Assembly (NCBI GenBank): GCA_963825135.1
Contig: CAWGRW010000010.1
Span: 160,026-224,025 of the forward strand
Reading direction: 5' to 3'
Length of the DNA stretch: 64,000 nucleotides
From: an uncultured bacterium
GTDB taxonomy: Bacteria; Desulfobacterota_D; UBA1144; Nemesobacterales; UBA2774
Each line of letters starts with the position of its first letter. Position 1 is the stretch's first letter. Under the pieces are notes generated by a model that was given only the letters and a program-made list of their open reading frames with translations, did not search any database and was not told where the DNA came from. The position numbers and the translations under genes were made by a program. Shown here piece after piece: positions 62,260 to 64,000 of the stretch.

Positions 62260-62453
62260 GCGGGGCGGGATCGGAAGATTTAGCGAGTACATGAGATTTT
62301 TAGCAAATTATGTAGTCGGATGATTTTTGCTTCTTTTCATCAAGGAAAAGAAGGATAAAAAAAACAGCCTTTCACCTTTCTAGTCTTTTCATTATCTTTT
62401 CATAGACCACTTTAGGTGCACGGTGTTTTCATGATCCACACCCGGCAATCCCC

Positions 62454-62906
62454 CTACTTGTCCGGTAGATATATGTCCTTCGCGAGCTCTATGAACCCCC
62501 GCCATATCCCGTCGGGCTCCCACACCTCGTCCATCGGCGCTCTCGCTTCGTCCTCGGTCACCCCGAGGCTCAGGAGCCTGTATAGGTAAACGAACGCGGA
62601 CGCCCTCTTGTTGACGACGCAGTGCACCCAGACCTTCTTGTTTCGGAGGTCGTCCATGACCGAGAAGAAACGGTCGAGGTCGGACAGCCCGGGCGCTGTC
62701 CACGCGACGGGTATCTGGTAATAGGTCATGCCCGAGGCAGACGCGACGTCCCCCTCGTCCGGTATCGCGTTGGGGGACGTGCCCGTCGCGAGGTTCACGA
62801 CGGCCGCATAACCCTCTTTCGCGATTTGTGCGAACTCCTCCCGCCCCGGCTGCCCGGACGTCGCGATGTCGTCGCTCACAATGACGCAGTTTTTGATATT
62901 GTTCAT
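62454..62906 (-). CDS. DUF442 / beta-lactamase-hydrolase-like phosphatase fold protein
   Basis: TSGQP, HCVVNKRAS (CX5R-like). Confidence 0.82.
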   Translation of the reverse strand: MNNIKNCVIVSDDIATSGQPGREEFAQIAKEGYAAVVNLATGTSPNAIPDEGDVASASGMTYYQIPVAWTAPGLSDLDRFFSVMDDLRNKKVWVHCVVNKRASAFVYLYRLLSLGVTEDEARAPMDEVWEPDGIWRGFIELAKDIYLPDK

Positions 62907-63063
62907 ACGGGGAAAATATAGTCGCGATCATCCCCCATTCCACAATAAATTCCTTCCCCCTAAAAAGGGGGAAGGTACGGATGGGGGTGTCACATTTCAT
63001 TTATAAAATCAATCATGCTGAATTAATTTCAGCATCTCGCTTTTAATATCTTACATATCCCTT

Positions 63064-63810
63064 CTATACTACCTGCGCTCTCTTGCGTTTCACAGCGAAG
63101 AACACGCCGACCAATCCTAATCCCGCCGCGGCAGCGATCATCCCCCATTCGGAGAGGGTGGGAACGATCTCGTCGTTACCGCCGAACCACACGTTGAGCA
63201 CGCCGTTCCCGTGCTCCTGATTCTCCCCGTCCTGGTGATCGAGCAGGACGCAGCAGATGGGAACGTCGGACGTTATGCCCAGGAAATTATTGAACTTTTC
63301 GTTCAAACTTACTGTAGTCTGCCCGATCAGATTTTCGTGGGTATCGAGCACAGTGACGTCGGCGCTGCCATTGCAATCCCCCTGTGTATAGCACCCGACC
63401 GTAAGTCCTATCCGTGTCGCGCCGGGATTCACCGTGACGTCGAATGAGTCCTCGCCTGAACTCTCAATTAGTATAGGACCGGGCGGAGCGCCGGGGCCCG
63501 CGGCGGCCGTACCCAAAACACGCAGCCCTCCGACCGGGTTCACCGGCAGGTTATAGAACGCGAGCTCCGGAAGTATGTCGCCGGGAGAAAAACAGTCGTC
63601 GTCGCTCTCGGAATTGACCGGCACGTTGCACTGCTCCCCGTCTGTGGGCTGCACTTTGGTAGCGGAGAAGTCCTGGAATCGTAAATTCGGATTCTGCGCC
63701 AGGAACTGCCCCTGGTCGTTAGTGAACTCCACCTGCGCGAGCGCGGGCGAAAGAGAAATCAGAAGCGTTATTATAAATACGAAACCCGCAAGCTTGTGAT
63801 GATTCTTCAT
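63064..63810 (-). CDS. IPTL-CTERM protein, paralog of the N-domain of 20917-21979
   Basis: QVxFT..QF.A.NP.L.FQDF; VPTLSEWG tail. Confidence 0.88.
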   Translation of the reverse strand: MKNHHKLAGFVFIITLLISLSPALAQVEFTNDQGQFLAQNPNLRFQDFSATKVQPTDGEQCNVPVNSESDDDCFSPGDILPELAFYNLPVNPVGGLRVLGTAAAGPGAPPGPILIESSGEDSFDVTVNPGATRIGLTVGCYTQGDCNGSADVTVLDTHENLIGQTTVSLNEKFNNFLGITSDVPICCVLLDHQDGENQEHGNGVLNVWFGGNDEIVPTLSEWGMIAAAAGLGLVGVFFAVKRKRAQVV

Positions 63811-63903
63811 ATGCGTTCCTCCATGTTCCCCCGCTCTTTTTTAATTCCCTCCTTTCGTAAAGGAGGGTTAGGGAGGATTTATGTTTTTCTTTCTTTTCAG
63901 GAA

Positions 63904-64000
63904 TTAAGCGCCCTTCTCTTTCTCTTGACCGCGAAGAACACGCCGACCATCAAGAGCCCCGCAGCCGCAGCGATCATCCCCCATTCGGAGAGGGTGGGGA
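63904..64000 (-). CDS. C-terminal IPTL-CTERM tail of a gene starting beyond the window
   Basis: PTLSEWGMIAAAAGLLMVGVFFAVKRKRRA*. Confidence 0.85.
   Translation of the reverse strand, partial: PHPLRMGDDRCGCGALDGRRVLRGQEKEKGA

Larger units (their letters stand above)
61793..62380 (+). repeat. Composite repeat cluster 16 (hairpin 62110-62319 with loop insertion)
   Basis: Shared modules; two nested AAC elements. Confidence 0.9.

Noticed and set aside
592..62319. CRISPR array interpretation of the CCGACATTACAGAATTTGCG repeat
   Set aside because: Spacing is irregular (0.1-9 kb), the intervening sequence is other repeats or whole genes, and there are no cas genes
592..62319. Canonical integron attC cassette array
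   Set aside because: Cores are GAC/GTC rather than AAC/GTT, R-L box spacing does not match, intervening blocks hold several genes in both orientations with their own promoters, and no intI is in the window; kept only as an analogy
485..62380. Recurring short ORFs such as MLLFIKEKK..., ...PDITEFA..., ...PRHYRIC..., ...LKISCTR
   Set aside because: They are translations of the repeat modules in varying frames and strands, with no RBS and indels that ignore frame
1..64000. rRNA, tRNA, transposase, integrase or reverse transcriptase genes
   Set aside because: No diagnostic motifs found by eye in the sequence or the ORF track

Overview
Bacterial genomic DNA with GC-rich coding regions and AT-rich intergenic regions. 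It is probably from a long-read MAG, because at least 8 genes are split by 1-nt frameshifts. The many IPTL-CTERM proteins and YGGC/IGGC lipoproteins suggest a Dadabacteria/Desulfobacterota-like organism; this is inference only. The left end (about 0.85-8.9 kb) is a prophage-like control/replication remnant: an HTH initiator-like gene, a divergent Cro-like/CI-S24 repressor pair with three operators, then an AT-rich DUF5131-tcmP-TIR cassette. The rest is accessory and envelope genes: 12 IPTL-CTERM proteins, two tandem DacB, a PAS/GAF hybrid kinase, amtB with sigma54 and NtrC-like sites, a MarR/rhodanese/DoxX set, SRAP and a DUF559 nuclease. The main unexplained structure is non-coding. Sixteen composite intergenic repeat clusters are each built around a ~120-nt covarying hairpin (CCGACATTACAGAATTTGC...GCA(C)AATT(C/A)TGTAGTCGG) that is always on the + strand. 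Nested inside several host palindrome families are 13 copies of a ~85-92-nt element (AAC-6 bp covarying stem/10-11 nt loop-GGWC-variable tail, often ending CC(A/G/T)), and both empty and filled target sites are visible. A DUF559 endonuclease gene bracketed by inverted copies of one palindrome family is the only candidate mobiliser in the window. No integrase, transposase, RT, Cas, rRNA or tRNA gene was seen.
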